Assembly: GCA_040954595.2 (NCBI GenBank)
Contig: CM082588.2
Location: 10,648,844-10,712,843 of the forward strand
Direction of reading: 5' to 3'
Length of the DNA stretch: 64,000 nucleotides
Origin: Balanoglossus misakiensis
Taxonomy: Eukaryota; Animalia; Hemichordata
Shown here: positions 33,701 through 47,061 of the stretch, piece by piece
Numbering within the stretch: position 1 is the stretch's first letter
Layout: every line of letters starts with the position of its first letter
Program-made: the position numbers and the translations under genes
Notes under the pieces: model-generated
What the model was told of the DNA's origin: nothing
Database searches by the model: none
What the model saw: only the letters and a program-made list of their open reading frames with translations

Positions 33701-36700
33701 TGACAAATTTTCGACTTTGCAAAAACTCAACATTTCGTCGATTTTTCAAAAAAATCATGGGTGAAAATCATCAAAAAATGACAAATTTTCAACTTTGCAA
33801 ATGCTCAAAATTTCGTCCATTTTTGAAAAAAAATCATGGGTAAAAATCATCAAAAATGACAAATTTTCGACTGCAAAATCTCAACATTTCGTCGATTTTT
33901 GAAAAAAATCATGGGTGAAAATCATCAAAAAATGACAAATTTTCGACTTTGCAAAATCTCAACATTTCGTCGATTTTTGAAAAAAATCATGGGTGAAAAT
34001 CATCAAAAAATGACAAATTTTCGACTTTGCAAAATCTCAACATTTCGTCGATTTTTGAAAAAAATCATGGGTGAAAATCATCAAAAAATGACAAATTTTC
34101 GACTTTGCAAAATCTCAAAATTTCGTCAATTTATGAAAAAATCATGGGTGAAAATCATCAAAAAATGACAAATTTTCGTCTTTGCAAAATCTCAAAATTT
34201 CGTCGGTTTTTGAAAAATAATATGGGTGAAAATCATCAAAAAATGACAAATTTTTGACTGCAAAATCTCAAAATTTCGTCGATTTTTGAAAAAAAACATG
34301 GGGGAAAACCATCAAAAAATGACAAATTTTCGACTGCAAAATCTCAACATTTCGTCGATTTTTGAAAAAAATCATGGGTGAAAATCATCAAAAAATGACA
34401 AATTTTCGACTTTGCAAAAACTCAACATTTCGTCGATTTTTGAAAAAAATCATGGGTGAAAATCATCAAAAAATGACAAATTTTCGACTTTGCAAATGCT
34501 CAAAATTTCGTCCATTTTTGAAAAAAAATCATGGGTAAAAATCATCAAAAATGACAAATTTTCGACTGCAAAATCTCAACATTTCGTCGATTTTTGAAAA
34601 AAATCATGGGTGAAAATCATCAAAAAATGACAAATTTTCGACTTTGCAAAATCTCAACATTTCGTCGATTTTTGAAAAAAATCATGGGTGAAAATCATCA
34701 AAAAATGACAAATTTTCGACTTTGCAAAATCTCAACATTTCGTCGATTTTTGAAAAAAATCATGGGTGAAAATCATCAAAAAATGACAAATTTTCGACTT
34801 TGCAAAATCTCAAAATTTCGTCAATTTATGAAAAAATCATGGGTGAAAATCATCAAAAAATGACAAATTTTCGTCTATGCAAAATCTCAAAATTTCGTCG
34901 ATTTTTGAAAAAAATCATAGGTGAAAATAATAAAAAAATGACAAATTTTCGACTTTGCAAAAGCTCAAAATTTCGTCCATTTTTGAAAAAAAATCATGGG
35001 TAAAAATCATCAAAAAATGACAAATTTACGACTGTAAAATCTCAACATTTCGTCGATTTTTGAAAAAAATCATGGGTGAAAATCATCAAAAAATGACAAA
35101 TTTTCGACTTTGCAAAATCTCAACATTTCGTCGATTTTTGAAAAAAATCATAGGTGAAAATCATCAAAAAATGACAAATTTTTGACTGCAAAATCTCAAA
35201 ATTTCGTCGATTTTTGAAAAAAAACATGGGGGAAAATCATTAAAAATGACAAATTTTCGACTGCAAAATCTCAACATTTCGTCGATTTTTGAAAAAAATC
35301 ATGGGTGAAAATCATCAAAAAATGACAAATTTTCGACTTTGCAAAATCTCAACATTTCGTCGATTTTGGAAAAAAATCATAGGTGAAAATCATCAAAAAA
35401 TGACAAATTTTCGACTTTGCAAATGCTCAACATTTCGTCGATTTTTGAAAAAAATCATGGGTGAAAATCATCAAAAAATGACAAATTTTCGACTTTGCAA
35501 AATCTCAACATTTCGTCGATTTTTGAAAAAAATCATGGGTGAAAATCATCAAAAAATGACAAATTTTCGACTTTGCAAAATCTCAAAATTTCGTCAATTT
35601 ATGAAAAAATCATGGGTGAAAATCATCAAAAAATGACAAATTTTCGTCTTTGCAAAATCTCAAAATTTCGTCGATTTTTGAAAAAAATCATAGGTGAAAA
35701 TAATAAAAAAATGACAAATTTTCGACTTTGCAAATGCTCAAAATTTCGTCCATTTTTGAAAAAAAATCATGGGTAAAAATCATCAAAAATGACAAATTTT
35801 CGACTGCAAAATCTCAACATTTCGTCGATTTTTGAAAAAAATCATGGGTGAAAATCATCAAAAAATGACAAATTTTCGACTTTGCAAAATCTCAACATTT
35901 CGTCGATTTTTGAAAAAAATCATGGGTGAAAATCATCAAAAAATGACAAATTTTCGACTTTGCAAAATCTCAACATTTCGTCGATTTTTGAAAAAAATCA
36001 TGGGTGAAAATCATCAAAAAATGACAAATTTTCGACTTTGCAAAATCTCAAAATTTCGTCAATTTATGAAAAAATCATGGGTGAAAATCATCAAAAAATG
36101 ACAAATTTTCGTCTATGCAAAATCTCAAAATTTCGTCGATTTTTGAAAAAAATCATAGGTGAAAATAATAAAAAAATGACAAATTTTCGACTTTGCAAAA
36201 GCTCAAAATTTCGTCCATTTTTGAAAAAAAATCATGGGTAAAAATCATCAAAAAATGACAAATTTACGACTGTAAAATCTCAACATTTCGTCGATTTTTG
36301 AAAAAAATCATGGGTGAAAATCATCAAAAAATGACAAATTTTCGACTTTGCAAAATCTCAACATTTCGTCGATTTTTGAAAAAAATCATAGGTGAAAATC
36401 ATCAAAAAATGACAAATTTTTGACTGCAAAATCTCAAAATTTCGTCGATTTTTGAAAAAAAACATGGGGGAAAATCATTAAAAATGACAAATTTTCGACT
36501 GCAAAATCTCAACATTTCGTCGATTTTTGAAAAAAATCATGGGTGAAAATCATCAAAAAATGACAAATTTTCGACTTTGCAAAATCTCAACATTTCGTCG
36601 ATTTTGGAAAAAAATCATAGGTGAAAATCATCAAAAAATGACAAATTTTCGACTTTGCAAATGCTCAACATTTCGTCGATTTTTGAAAAAAATCATGGGT

Positions 36701-38476
36701 GAAAATCATCAAAAAATGACAAATTTTCGACTTTGCAAAATCTCAACATTTCGTCGATTTTTGAAAAAAATCATGGGTGAAAATCATCAAAAAATGACAA
36801 ATTTTCGACTTTGCAAAATCTCAAAATTTCGTCAATTTATGAAAAAATCATGGGTGAAAATCATCAAAAAATGACAAATTTTCGTCTTTGCAAAATCTCA
36901 AAATTTCGTCGATTTTTGAAAAAAATCATAGGTGAAAATAATAAAAAAATGACAAATTTTCGACTTTGCAAAAGCTCAAAATTTCGTCCATTTTTGAAAA
37001 AAAATCATGGGTAAAAATCATCAAAAAATGACAAATTTACGACTGTAAAATCTCAACATTTCGTCGATTTTTGAAAAAAATCATGGGTGAAAATCATCAA
37101 AAAATGACAAATTTTCGACTTTGCAAAATCTCAACATTTCGTCGATTTTTGAAAAAAATCATAGGTGAAAATCATCAAAAAATGACAAATTTTTGACTGC
37201 AAAATCTCAAAATTTCGTCGATTTTTGAAAAAAAACATGGGGGAAAATCATTAAAAAATGACAAATTTTCGACTGCAAAATCTCAACATTTCGTCGATTT
37301 TTGAAAAAAATCATGGGTGAAAATCATCAAAAAATGACAAATTTTCGACTTTGCAAAATCTCAACATTTCGTCGATTTTTGAAAAAAATCATAGGTGAAA
37401 ATCATCAAAAAATGACAAATTTTCGACTTTGCAAATGCTCAAAATTTCGTCCATTTTTGAAAAAAAATCATGGGTAAAAATCATCAAAAATGACAAATTT
37501 TCGACTGCAAAATCTCAACATTTCGTCGATTTTTGAAAAAAATCATGGGTGAAAATCATCAAAAAATGACAAATTTTCGACTTTGCAAAAACTCAACATT
37601 TCGTCGATTTTTGAAAAAAATCATGGGTGAAAATCATCAAAAAATGACAAATTTTCGACTTTGCAAATGCTCAAAATTTCGTCCATTTTTGAAAAAAATC
37701 ATGGGTAAAAATCATCAAAAATGACAAATTTTCGACTGCAAAATCTCAACATTTCGTCGATTTTTGAAAAAAATCATAGGTGAAAATCATCAAAAAATGA
37801 CAAATTTTCGACTTTGCAAAATCTCAACATTTCGTCGATTTTTGAAAAAAATCATGGGTGAAAATCATCAAAAAATGACAAATTTTCGACTTTGCAAAAT
37901 CTCAACATTTCGTCGATTTTTGAAAAAAATCATGGGTGAAAATCATCAAAAAATGACAAATTTTCGACTTTGCAAAATCTCAAAATTTCGTCAATTTATG
38001 AAAAAATCATGGGTGAAAATCATCAAAAAATGACAAATTTTCGTCTTTGCAAAATCTCAAAATTTCGTCGGTTTTTGAAAAATAATATGGGTGAAAATCA
38101 TCAAAAAATGACAAATTTTCGACTTTGCAAAATCTCAACATTTCGTCGATTTTTGAAAAAAATCATGGGTGAAAATCATCAAAAAATGACAAATTTTCGA
38201 CTTTGCAAAATCTCAAAATTTCGTCAATTTATGAAAAAATCATGGGTGAAAATCATCAAAAAATGACAAATTTTCGTCTTTGCAAAATCTCAAAATTTCG
38301 TCGGTTTTTGAAAAATAATATGGGTGAAAATCATCAAAAAATGACAAATTTTTGACTGCAAAATCTCAAAATTTCGTCGATTTTTGAAAAAAAACATGGG
38401 GGAAAATCATCAAAAAATGACAAATTTTCGACTTTGCAAAATCTCAAAATTTCATCGATTTTTGAAAAAAATCATG
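30721..38476. repeat. Satellite A, ~78-bp monomer, right array
   Basis: Same monomer and orientation as the left array; block repeats at offsets 1101, 695 and 1238 bp. Confidence 0.98.
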
Positions 38477-38740
38477 GCAGGTGTCAAAGGTATCCCCCTG
38501 TATTTGGTATTTCATGATAGTTTCATCCCTCCAAATACCAAAGCTGCACCTGTACAACGGGATGAGATATGGCACTGTATGACAGAGGTCATCAAAATCA
38601 CCTTATACATTTGGGCAAAAACCAACTGACACTTACATTCGTCCCTGTGGAACAAAAACCACACCTATCGCCCTGTTGGTTAGTGTCCAATTAAATGTAC
38701 AAAATCAATGACTTAGGCAGGTGCAACAGGTGACCCCGCC
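38477..38740. repeat. Single diverged homologue of the Helentron 239-bp unit
   Basis: Colinear motifs ccctccaaa, tttgggcaa, aacaaaaacc..acctat.gcc.t.ttggttag and gcaggtg..acaggtgacccc; gcaggtg recurs at 38477 and 38717. Confidence 0.75.
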
Positions 38741-39852
38741 TTTGGTATATCATTATGGTCCCATCCGTATATGCCCCCCTGTGACCGCCAAAGCTTTTCC
38801 GTAATATTCAAAAGTCAGAGTCGAGTTTCCATATACGGGTCTTCGGTTTATTATCGATAAATCGATCGAGCGATCGCCGAAAGCGACCGTACGAGACTGT
38901 ACACAATAGTCGAAAGACTTCGAAAGACGAGATGTGCGTAGACCTCGATGCGAATAGGCCAAATAGACCTCGAGAATGACCGAGACTGATTCGAATAGAC
39001 CGAATAAACCGTGGTACGAAAAGACCGAGTAAACCGAATAGTCTTAGACCGTAATAGACCTTGTCTCGAATAGACCAAGACCGAATGGTATAGACCGAGT
39101 AAACCGTAAACCGTAAAAACTGAAACATAAATACAAATACAAAATGTCAAATCGAAAGAATTACATATACGAAAATCGAGAATGATTTCAATCGAAAACA
39201 GATATGTGCCATCAGTGACAGTGTGCATTCAACGTCTTATAACTAAGCATGAATATACGGTGCTGGCATAATGTGAGTGTGGCCATACGATGCTTTCGCT
39301 ATTAATGAACAACTTGTACGTTAACAAATGCCAGTTTTGTTGGCAAAAAGTATGTTTTTGGCTTTTCACAACATTGAACATACATTCATAGTTCAATAAC
39401 TTGTGAGTTGTGGACCTAAACGTTCATACGTTCAATGTTCTGGTGTTTTTTTAACGGAGCGATCGGTCACGATGTTACCAACGAGCATGTACAGTCTAAA
39501 CTAAATCCTCGTTGTGTATGTTTCTTTGTTTGTTTTTTGTTGTTTTTTACATGCTATTACATACAAATATGAAAAGTTTCATTTCAGTTATTCATTAAAA
39601 TGCAAACATTTGCCAAAAAACATGTGAATAGACACCTCACAGGCCATAGTCGTATCATTAGCTTTCAATTGTCAATTTTAGCATGACATCGTGAGTAATT
39701 GAGCTAATTTTGCATATTTTCCATGCTGCACCTTGTCTGACAAGGTAATCGATTGCATATTTGAATTCCTTGACCCTGAAAACATTGCAATAGACACCTC
39801 ATTAACACTGTTGGCTCTCTTTTGTAGACCATTGATTTTAGATGGGCGTGTC

Positions 39853-40560
39853 ACCTAATTAACATAAATTAGCATTTTTACCAATTCACCAAACGTTTCT
39901 AAATTTAAAAAAATGCTTAAAATATTTAAATGAATATAAGAATATGATTTCAATAGACTATTATGGTGTTGACCTGTGATATTGCACCATAATGGCTACA
40001 AACAGCGTTTTCTTTTAGGTATTTTGAAATTATGACGTCACAAATTAATTTGCCATTTTCGACATGAAAACGTGAAAAGAATTTTTGGGAACAGGCAAAT
40101 TCGAAATCAGCGTATTCGAAATATCCAAAAACAACTTGTTCCCAGCTTGTACCAAAAAAATGAATGACATGCTTTTAAAATGCTCATTTTCTGAAATTTC
40201 CACCTGGACCTAATTAACATAAATTAGCATTTTACCAATTCACAAAATGTTTCTAAATTAAAAAAATTGTTTAAAAATATTTAAATGAATATAAGAATAT
40301 GATTTCAATAGACTATTATGGTGTTGACCTGTGATATTGCGCCATAATGGCTACAAACAGCGTTTTCTTTTAGGTATTTTGAAATTATGACGTCACAAAT
40401 TAATTTGCCATTTTCGACATGAAAACGTGAAAAGAATTTTTGGGAACAGGCAACTTCGAAATCAGCGTATTCGAAATATCCAAAAACAACTTGTTCCCAG
40501 CTTGTACCAAAAAATGCCTGACATGCTTTTAAAATGCTCATTTTCTGAAATTTCCACCTG
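39853..40560. repeat. Tandem duplication of a ~355-bp unit
   Basis: acctaattaacataaattagcatttt at 39853 and 40208; both units end in ctgaaatttccacctg. Confidence 0.95.
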
Positions 40561-40564
40561 ACTA

Positions 40565-40707
40565 AACGTTCGACCACACACACCTTTCATCCCACATGCA
40601 GACACGAGAGTGAAAAACTCGCCAAAATGAATAATCGGTCTCTACCGTTTATTCATTTGGGCGAGATTTTGACTCTCATATCCTACAAACATGTGTGGTC
40701 GAACGTT
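40565..40707. repeat. Imperfect 143-bp palindrome (MITE/foldback-like)
   Basis: Perfect 16-bp outer arms aacgttcgaccacaca / tgtgtggtcgaacgtt; inner arms ctcgccaaaatgaataatcggt / accgtttattcatttgggcgag. Confidence 0.8.
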
Positions 40708-41562
40708 GATTCACTATATATACACAGGGTGTGTTGAATCAAACATAATCAATGGAAAGGGGGCAGCGAGAGAGAGACTTTGTCCCTTTAAGGAAAAAAT
40801 TAATTAATTAGGCCTATGTAATCATCATAAGGCAGTATGTGCCTCTGGACAGACTTGACAAAATGATAATGCTCCAAACCTTTCTATTCTTTTGTGAGGA
40901 GAGATTTGTTATCAAATAATAATATTCACATCTTGTTATCATAGAAATCATGAAAGCACTTTTTGATTCAAAAAGTATAATTTGATGTAGCCCTAGAATG
41001 TATCTTCTGCCAATTCTTTACTATTAAACACGTGATCTGGCCATGTAACCCACGGCGTTGTCATTTTCAGATATTTCGGCAAAAGTTTTTCGGAGTATGT
41101 TTTTACTTTATAACCGCCAAATACACAACATGTATCAGGTATGGGGCCTCATCAACCTCATTGCATTTCGTCTGCACAGTATTTGTCTGCACCACGTTGC
41201 TGAAGTTGCCCGTCATCTGGAAATTTGAATGCCAACGTAACTGCCGTCTGAGCACGTCTGACATCATTTGATATCGAAGAATCTCTTTCCCTTTTTGTGC
41301 AAAATCACATGAGTCTGAGAAGGCGAAATGTTTATTCCCCTGAATAACTGAACCCATTGCTAACACATAATACTAAATCGGTTCGACTTAACTTTCCCTT
41401 TAAGGCGTTCAAAATAACGCACAACGTATCAAAAACATGCAAAGTAATACACATGATATACAGCACCATCTTAACTCATTTTTGATGTTTGAAATAATTT
41501 GCACAATTTCTACCCTCCTTATTCACAGATATCAACGGGCTGCCTGCGGATTCAAGGTTGTT

Positions 41563-42188
41563 AGGTCCCATTGGTATAGGCATATATACCATGGGACCTT
41601 ATGGGATCGGTTGCGTCTGCATGTATTTATGTATGTATGTATGTATGTATGGATGTATGTCTGTATGTCCGTCCACATCAAAAACTTGAAAACCACTGCG
41701 TGTATCACCTTGATATTTGGTGTGCCAGATGCAGGCTGGGCTGTAGATGGGAGTTTGTTCAAATGAAATTGTCATTGCCCAAAATATGCAAATTAGATGG
41801 AAAATGTGAATTTGGTCATAACTCAGTAACCCAAGAACTACTGGTCAGATTGCTTTGCGAAGTGGTGTGTATTTACTTTATTTTGTTGTTTATATACACA
41901 GCAAATTCCTGAATGATTACATAACTGGCTAAGTTTTAAAGAGGCCAGCTGTTCTATTTAGTGTATGTACAGTACATATGCCATTGGCAGCTTATGGGTC
42001 AGTCAGTGCTCGCCCATTGATCTCTTGCTGTGTGTGTATGTGTGTGTATGTGTGTGTGTGTGTGTGCGTGAGTGTGTTTGTTTGTGTGTGTGTGTGTGTC
42101 TGTCTGTCTGTCTGTATATGGCCATATACTCCGGTGTAGACTTTTTCTTGTGTATTCCCTCAATGGGACCACTGTGTCCTTGACGCGA
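41563..42188 (+). mobile_element. Non-autonomous Helentron derivative (HINE/DINE-1-like), about 626 bp
   Basis: Begins tt|aggtcccattggtatagg, matching the reverse complement of about 30410-30720. Contains (GTAT)n and (TG)n tracts. Ends aatgggaccactgtgtccttgacgcga|tttttt, matching the Helentron 3' end. Confidence 0.93.
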
Positions 42189-42876
42189 TTTTTTGTTCAA
42201 CGAATGAAATGAGGAAGTGACGCAATTTCCGGTTGATAGCCAGCATTGTGTCTATTATAGTGAAAGTCAGATCTCATAAAAGGGAACTTATCAAACAAGG
42301 GTAATACATACAATGAAAATAACGCTGCATCAACAAATACCTAAAGTGAGGTCCGCATTTTACGGGAGATGTTGCCATTAAAATTGAAATTCGAGTAATG
42401 GAGATATCATCGCTTTATATATGTCTTTTAGATTACTGTACTTCATTCAGCTATGTTTAACTGCCCAGTTGATGGCAAATACCATTTTGGATATATATTT
42501 TTTTCTTTGTGAAATAAATATCGATGAACAAACCTTTAACATGAAAAGAATTGCCCTACCCATGGATTCGGGTTGAATTTGCCCATATAACGATATAAGG
42601 TTTCATAGAAAAGGTCCGATGGTAAACAACATGTTTGAATGAACCGCCCATACTACACGAAAAACTGTAACGTCACAATCACGTGATCTTTTGTTTACTC
42701 TAACAACAACTAACTGCGCAAGTAACGTCACATTGTATGGGTACGTACCCATAAAATGTATTATTTCATTTTTTACATACTGAACCATGACAACTGACCA
42801 AGTCACTCACGAGTTGTTTTATTTTGGCAAGTAAAGTATTAAACAAGTTTATTGTTCAGCTCAAAAATATACATGT

Positions 42877-43613
42877 CAAGTTTGCAGCTGCCTATGGATT
42901 TGAACATGTCACATCAAGTCCAAGATACCCCAAATCTAATGGCATGGCAGAAAATGCAGTCAAAAGTGCAAATTTATCGCTTATGAAGAAAGCCAAGCGA
43001 AATAACAAGGATCCATATTTAGCTCTGCTGGATCATAGAAACATACCACGTGACAGTCAGTTGGGATCACCTGGGCAGAGACTCATGGGTAGGAGAACCA
43101 AAAACACTCTTTCCAACCAGCGAGATTTTGCTGAAGCCCAAACAAGTTGAGAATGTAAAGCCAAGCCTAGAAACATTGAAACAAAGACAGAAATAATATC
43201 ATGACCAGCATGCCAAACATCTGCCCAGTTTATCAAACGATGAGTTTGTGAGGATGAAGACACCCAAAGGATGGAAACCAGCAGTTGTACAGTCCAGAGC
43301 AAATACACCACGATCATATATTGTCGAGTCAGATGGACACATGTACCGTAGAAACCGCCGTGACCAGGAAAACAAAAGAAATGCCAGTTGTTCCAGATGT
43401 CGCTGATGACCACCTGCTTGTAAAGCATTGTCAACCACCTGCTGTTGAAGAAACTACGCCAGATGTAAAACCTCTCAAAGAGATGACGGTAACCAATCCT
43501 AACTCGGTTTGTAGCAGTATGACGCAAGCAGATGCCACAGGCAACCAGTCAGTGAAAACCACTTCCAGAGGACGCGTTGTGAGAAGACCAGTAAGATTCC
43601 AGGACTATGTAGA
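42877..43613 (+). pseudogene. Ty3/Gypsy-type integrase C-terminal fragment, frameshifted
   Basis: YGFEHVTSSPRYPKSNGMAENAVK, YLALLDHRNIP, SPGQRLMGRR, TPRSYIV...YRRNRR and TSRGRVVRRPVRFQDYV. Confidence 0.88.
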
Positions 43614-43619
43614 CACTCA

Positions 43620-46600
43620 ATGTGGAAAGAACTGATTTCGGAGTTTGTTGAAAGAAATACACGAACATCGCGAACATCGCACACATACACATGCACATAC
43701 TACTTCTCCAGCGACGATGCAGACAGCAGACATGGCGACGGGAAGAAACAGGTAGAGAAACGGAACGCTCCGCGCACGAGGACGAGGAACAGGCTTCTCC
43801 AGCCATCGACTACCGCCAGGACAAAAGGTAAAAGAATAAAAAGTGGCGCCAAGAGGAAACCAACAGACAGGGTTCTCATGTACATACCATGGCCACACAA
43901 ATAAATCCGAGACCCCAACCCGCACAAACCAGAGGCAATTACTTATGATGAATTGACTTTACCACAGCTGGTATCGGGTGAACTGAATCTATCTATATAT
44001 CTACCTTACTGGCCAACTTCAACATATTGAAGGCTTTGCCAGTGAGTGCACCCTATAGTACAGGACATCAAAAATGTCAGTTTTCTGGTTTGGTGAAGTG
44101 TAGTGCCAAAGAAGATTTGAAGGATTCATGTGACATCATATTAGGGATGAGTTTAGATAATGCTTCCACTGTCAATCGTTTAGCAAACTTGCAAAACATT
44201 GTCACTGACGCTCAGTTGTATTCTTGGGAGAGGGTCCGTAAATACCACTCAATAATTATTTTACAATACCTTGAGCAGGGGTTGTTGGTGTGGGGCGACG
44301 ATTTTGACAACCTGCATACCAGATTCGTCAGAAACCCTCCCCAAATTAGTGTGGATCAACCAGTTAAGCCTAGCGCTAAGAAAAACCGTCACTCTCGCTA
44401 TTGCTCTGCCTTTCAAGATCACAAATGTAGCCAAATCTCTGATCATGTAGTGGAGGGCAAATTGGAAAAGCATGTCTGCTCCGCCTGTTTGCGCTTTAGG
44501 CATTAGGAAACACGGCATGCTTCCACAGATTGCCCCTTTAACGATAAAGAATTCAGGGACGAAACACCAAAAAAACCCAGGGAATGGCCTGCAGCACCAG
44601 GGGGAGAGGGGATTTTCCAAGATGTAGCAGAATCTGGCTCATGTAACAGTATAGCTGATCAGCCTTTTTGTTATGTAGGTTTTTCACCTGACCTTTCAAA
44701 CTTTGTAAATGGTGTAGCTTTTGATGCTCACAATTTGTATTGCCACATTTCTGTACTTTTCGACTGTGCCCTCTCGCATCATGTTCTAGCAAAGGCTATA
44801 TCAGGTACCAAGACCTTCCAGTACCAGGAATTTTTAGTACCCACCGTTGTTGACACTCCACTTCTTCCAGTTATTCCGGCCTGGGTCCCCCCACACACGA
44901 CTGATTGGCCCCCATGTTCGCCAGTTTCACACGAGTAGGTCCTACAAGCGCACAGGACAGTTTTCACTTCCGGAAAACCAAACTTTGCCGGAGTGCGTAT
45001 CCCTGTTCCCATTGCACTAAACATTCCAGCATGGCGAGCCAGACTTCCTGACAGGCACAGCGGAATTATAGTTGACTTTCTTGAATTTGGTTGGCCCATC
45101 AATTTCACTGGTAATTGCTTGCCACTTGCTAGCAGGCGCAACCATAGATCCGCCTTGCAATTTGCTCACCATGTTGATGCCTTCGTTAGCACTGAAGTTA
45201 GTCTAAAGGCCACCGCTGGACCATTCGCATCTAACCCACATACTATGCCAGTGGCTACTTCCCCGCTCTCCTCAGTCCCGAAGAAGGGGTCTCCGTATAG
45301 GCGTATTATAATGGATCTCAGTTTTCCCATCTCTAGTTCTGTCAATGCAGGTTTTTCAGCATTGACCTTCCTGCAGCAGCCTTTCCAGCTCCGCTACCCC
45401 AATATTGACACGCTGGTCGCGATTATCAGAGATTTGGGTCCCGGTTGTCTCTTGTTTAAACTAGACTTGAGTAGGGCTTACAGACAATTGCCAGTGGATC
45501 CCCACGACTTTCACCTGTTGGGTTATACATGGCGAGATTCGCTCTTTATTGATCTCCGTTTGCCATTTGGGTTGCGCTCCGCGGCGCTTGCATGTCAGGC
45601 CACCACGAACACCGTGATTGCCATGTACCATAATCTGGGTTTTCGCGCAGTCAATTATTTTGGATGACTTTTGCGGCGCAGACACCCCTATACGGGCCCA
45701 GTCCGCCTTTTTAGCTTTGCGGTCTCTTCTCTCTGAATTAGGTCTACAGGAAGCCTTTGGTCAAGCTGTAACCCCCACAACTTGTCTCTCGTTTTTAGTC
45801 ACAGAGGACAGGCTCACTGAGCTTTCAGAGCTTCTTGCTCATTGTTCAGGCAGGAAAAATGCCACTAGACGTCAGTTGCAGGTCCTTATCGGCAAGCTTT
45901 CATTTGTCTCTAGCTGTGTTCGTGCAGGCCGTCTTTTTATTAGCCGCATGCTTGACACGCTACGTTCTGTCCAGTCAGCGCGGCATCACATTTACTTAAA
46001 CGTGCAGTTCCAGAAAGATATCAGTTGGTGGATCTCTTTTCTTAGGCAATATAACGGCGTTTCGATTATTCCGGAACTGGTCTGGTCCACACCTAACAGC
46101 GTTATTTGTACAGATGCTTGCCTTTCAGGATGTGGTGGAATCTCAGCCTCACAGTATTTCCATGCCCCATTCCCAGATTTTGTCTTGCAGCAGCAACAGC
46201 CTATCCATTGCCTTGACATGCTCACCATCGTAGTGGCGGCCAGACTTTGGGGTGACAAATGGACAGGCCTGCGCATTCTAGTCATCAGCGACAACAGCAG
46301 CATGGTACAGGTTCTTAACACCGGCCGCGGTCGCGACCCCTTTCTCATGTCAGCCGCGCGCGAACTTTGGTTTATTGCAGCGACACATCAGTTCGAGCTG
46401 AAAGCGCGCCTATCTTCCTGGCGCTCAGAACAGCATTGCCGATTGCTTGTCACGCTGGCATTTGGACCGCAAGTACCGCGACACCTTTGCCTCACTCACA
46501 GGAGATAAACTTCTTGAAGAAACTCGTCCTTCAGAAGCATTGTTTTCACTAAACGTCTTATTTTAATTTATTTGCAGCTGTGCAGCAAGATCTGGAGTTA

Positions 46601-47060
46601 TTAAGACAAGAGGTCAAGAACTCCCGGCTAGCAGCCTTTCGTCCCGGTACGCTCAGGAACCTGAATATTCAGTTCCGCTCCTATATAAGTTTTGCACTTC
46701 ACTACGGTTTGTAAGCGGTGCCTACAACGTCCACGGTTTTGGCGCTTTATGCCCAGTTTCTTAGCAGGTCGTTTAGTAGTCCTGCATCCGTTACCAATTA
46801 TATTGCGGGTGTCAAGACACTTCATATACTGACCGGCCACAGCCTGAAACCTTTCGAATGCCTGGGTTTCAAATTGGCGCTCACAGGCATCAGAAAAAGC
46901 AGTGTCCACACACCTTCTCAGAAGTTGCCTTTGACAGTTCCCATGTTGGAGGAAATTGGCAACTATTATTGATCTTTCCAACAAGTTTCATTTAACAGTT
47001 TGGTGCGCTGTTTTAATTGGCTTCTTTGCCTTTTTGAGGAAATCGAACTTGGTTCCTCCC
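43620..47060 (+). mobile_element. Degenerate Ngaro-type YR retrotransposon of a second, diverged family; both ends lost
   Basis: ORF1 remnant (TDRV...WPH; YC...C...HVCSAC...H), RT (KLDLSRAYRQLPV, LPFGLRSA, frameshifted YxDD), RNase H (TDAC, SDN) and YR N-terminal half (GTLRNL...LRKSNLVP), with stops and frameshifts. Confidence 0.9.
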
Positions 47061-47061
47061 T

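Noticed and set aside
10363-38629. Many short ORFs of type MGENHQKMTNFRLCKIS... in satellite A
   Set aside because: The 78-bp monomer is a multiple of 3, so open frames arise by chance, and they are broken by frequent homopolymer indels.
41437-42200. ORFs rich in YVCM, CV or HT repeats (also 30446-30772)
   Set aside because: They are translations of the microsatellites in the Helentron and HINE ends.
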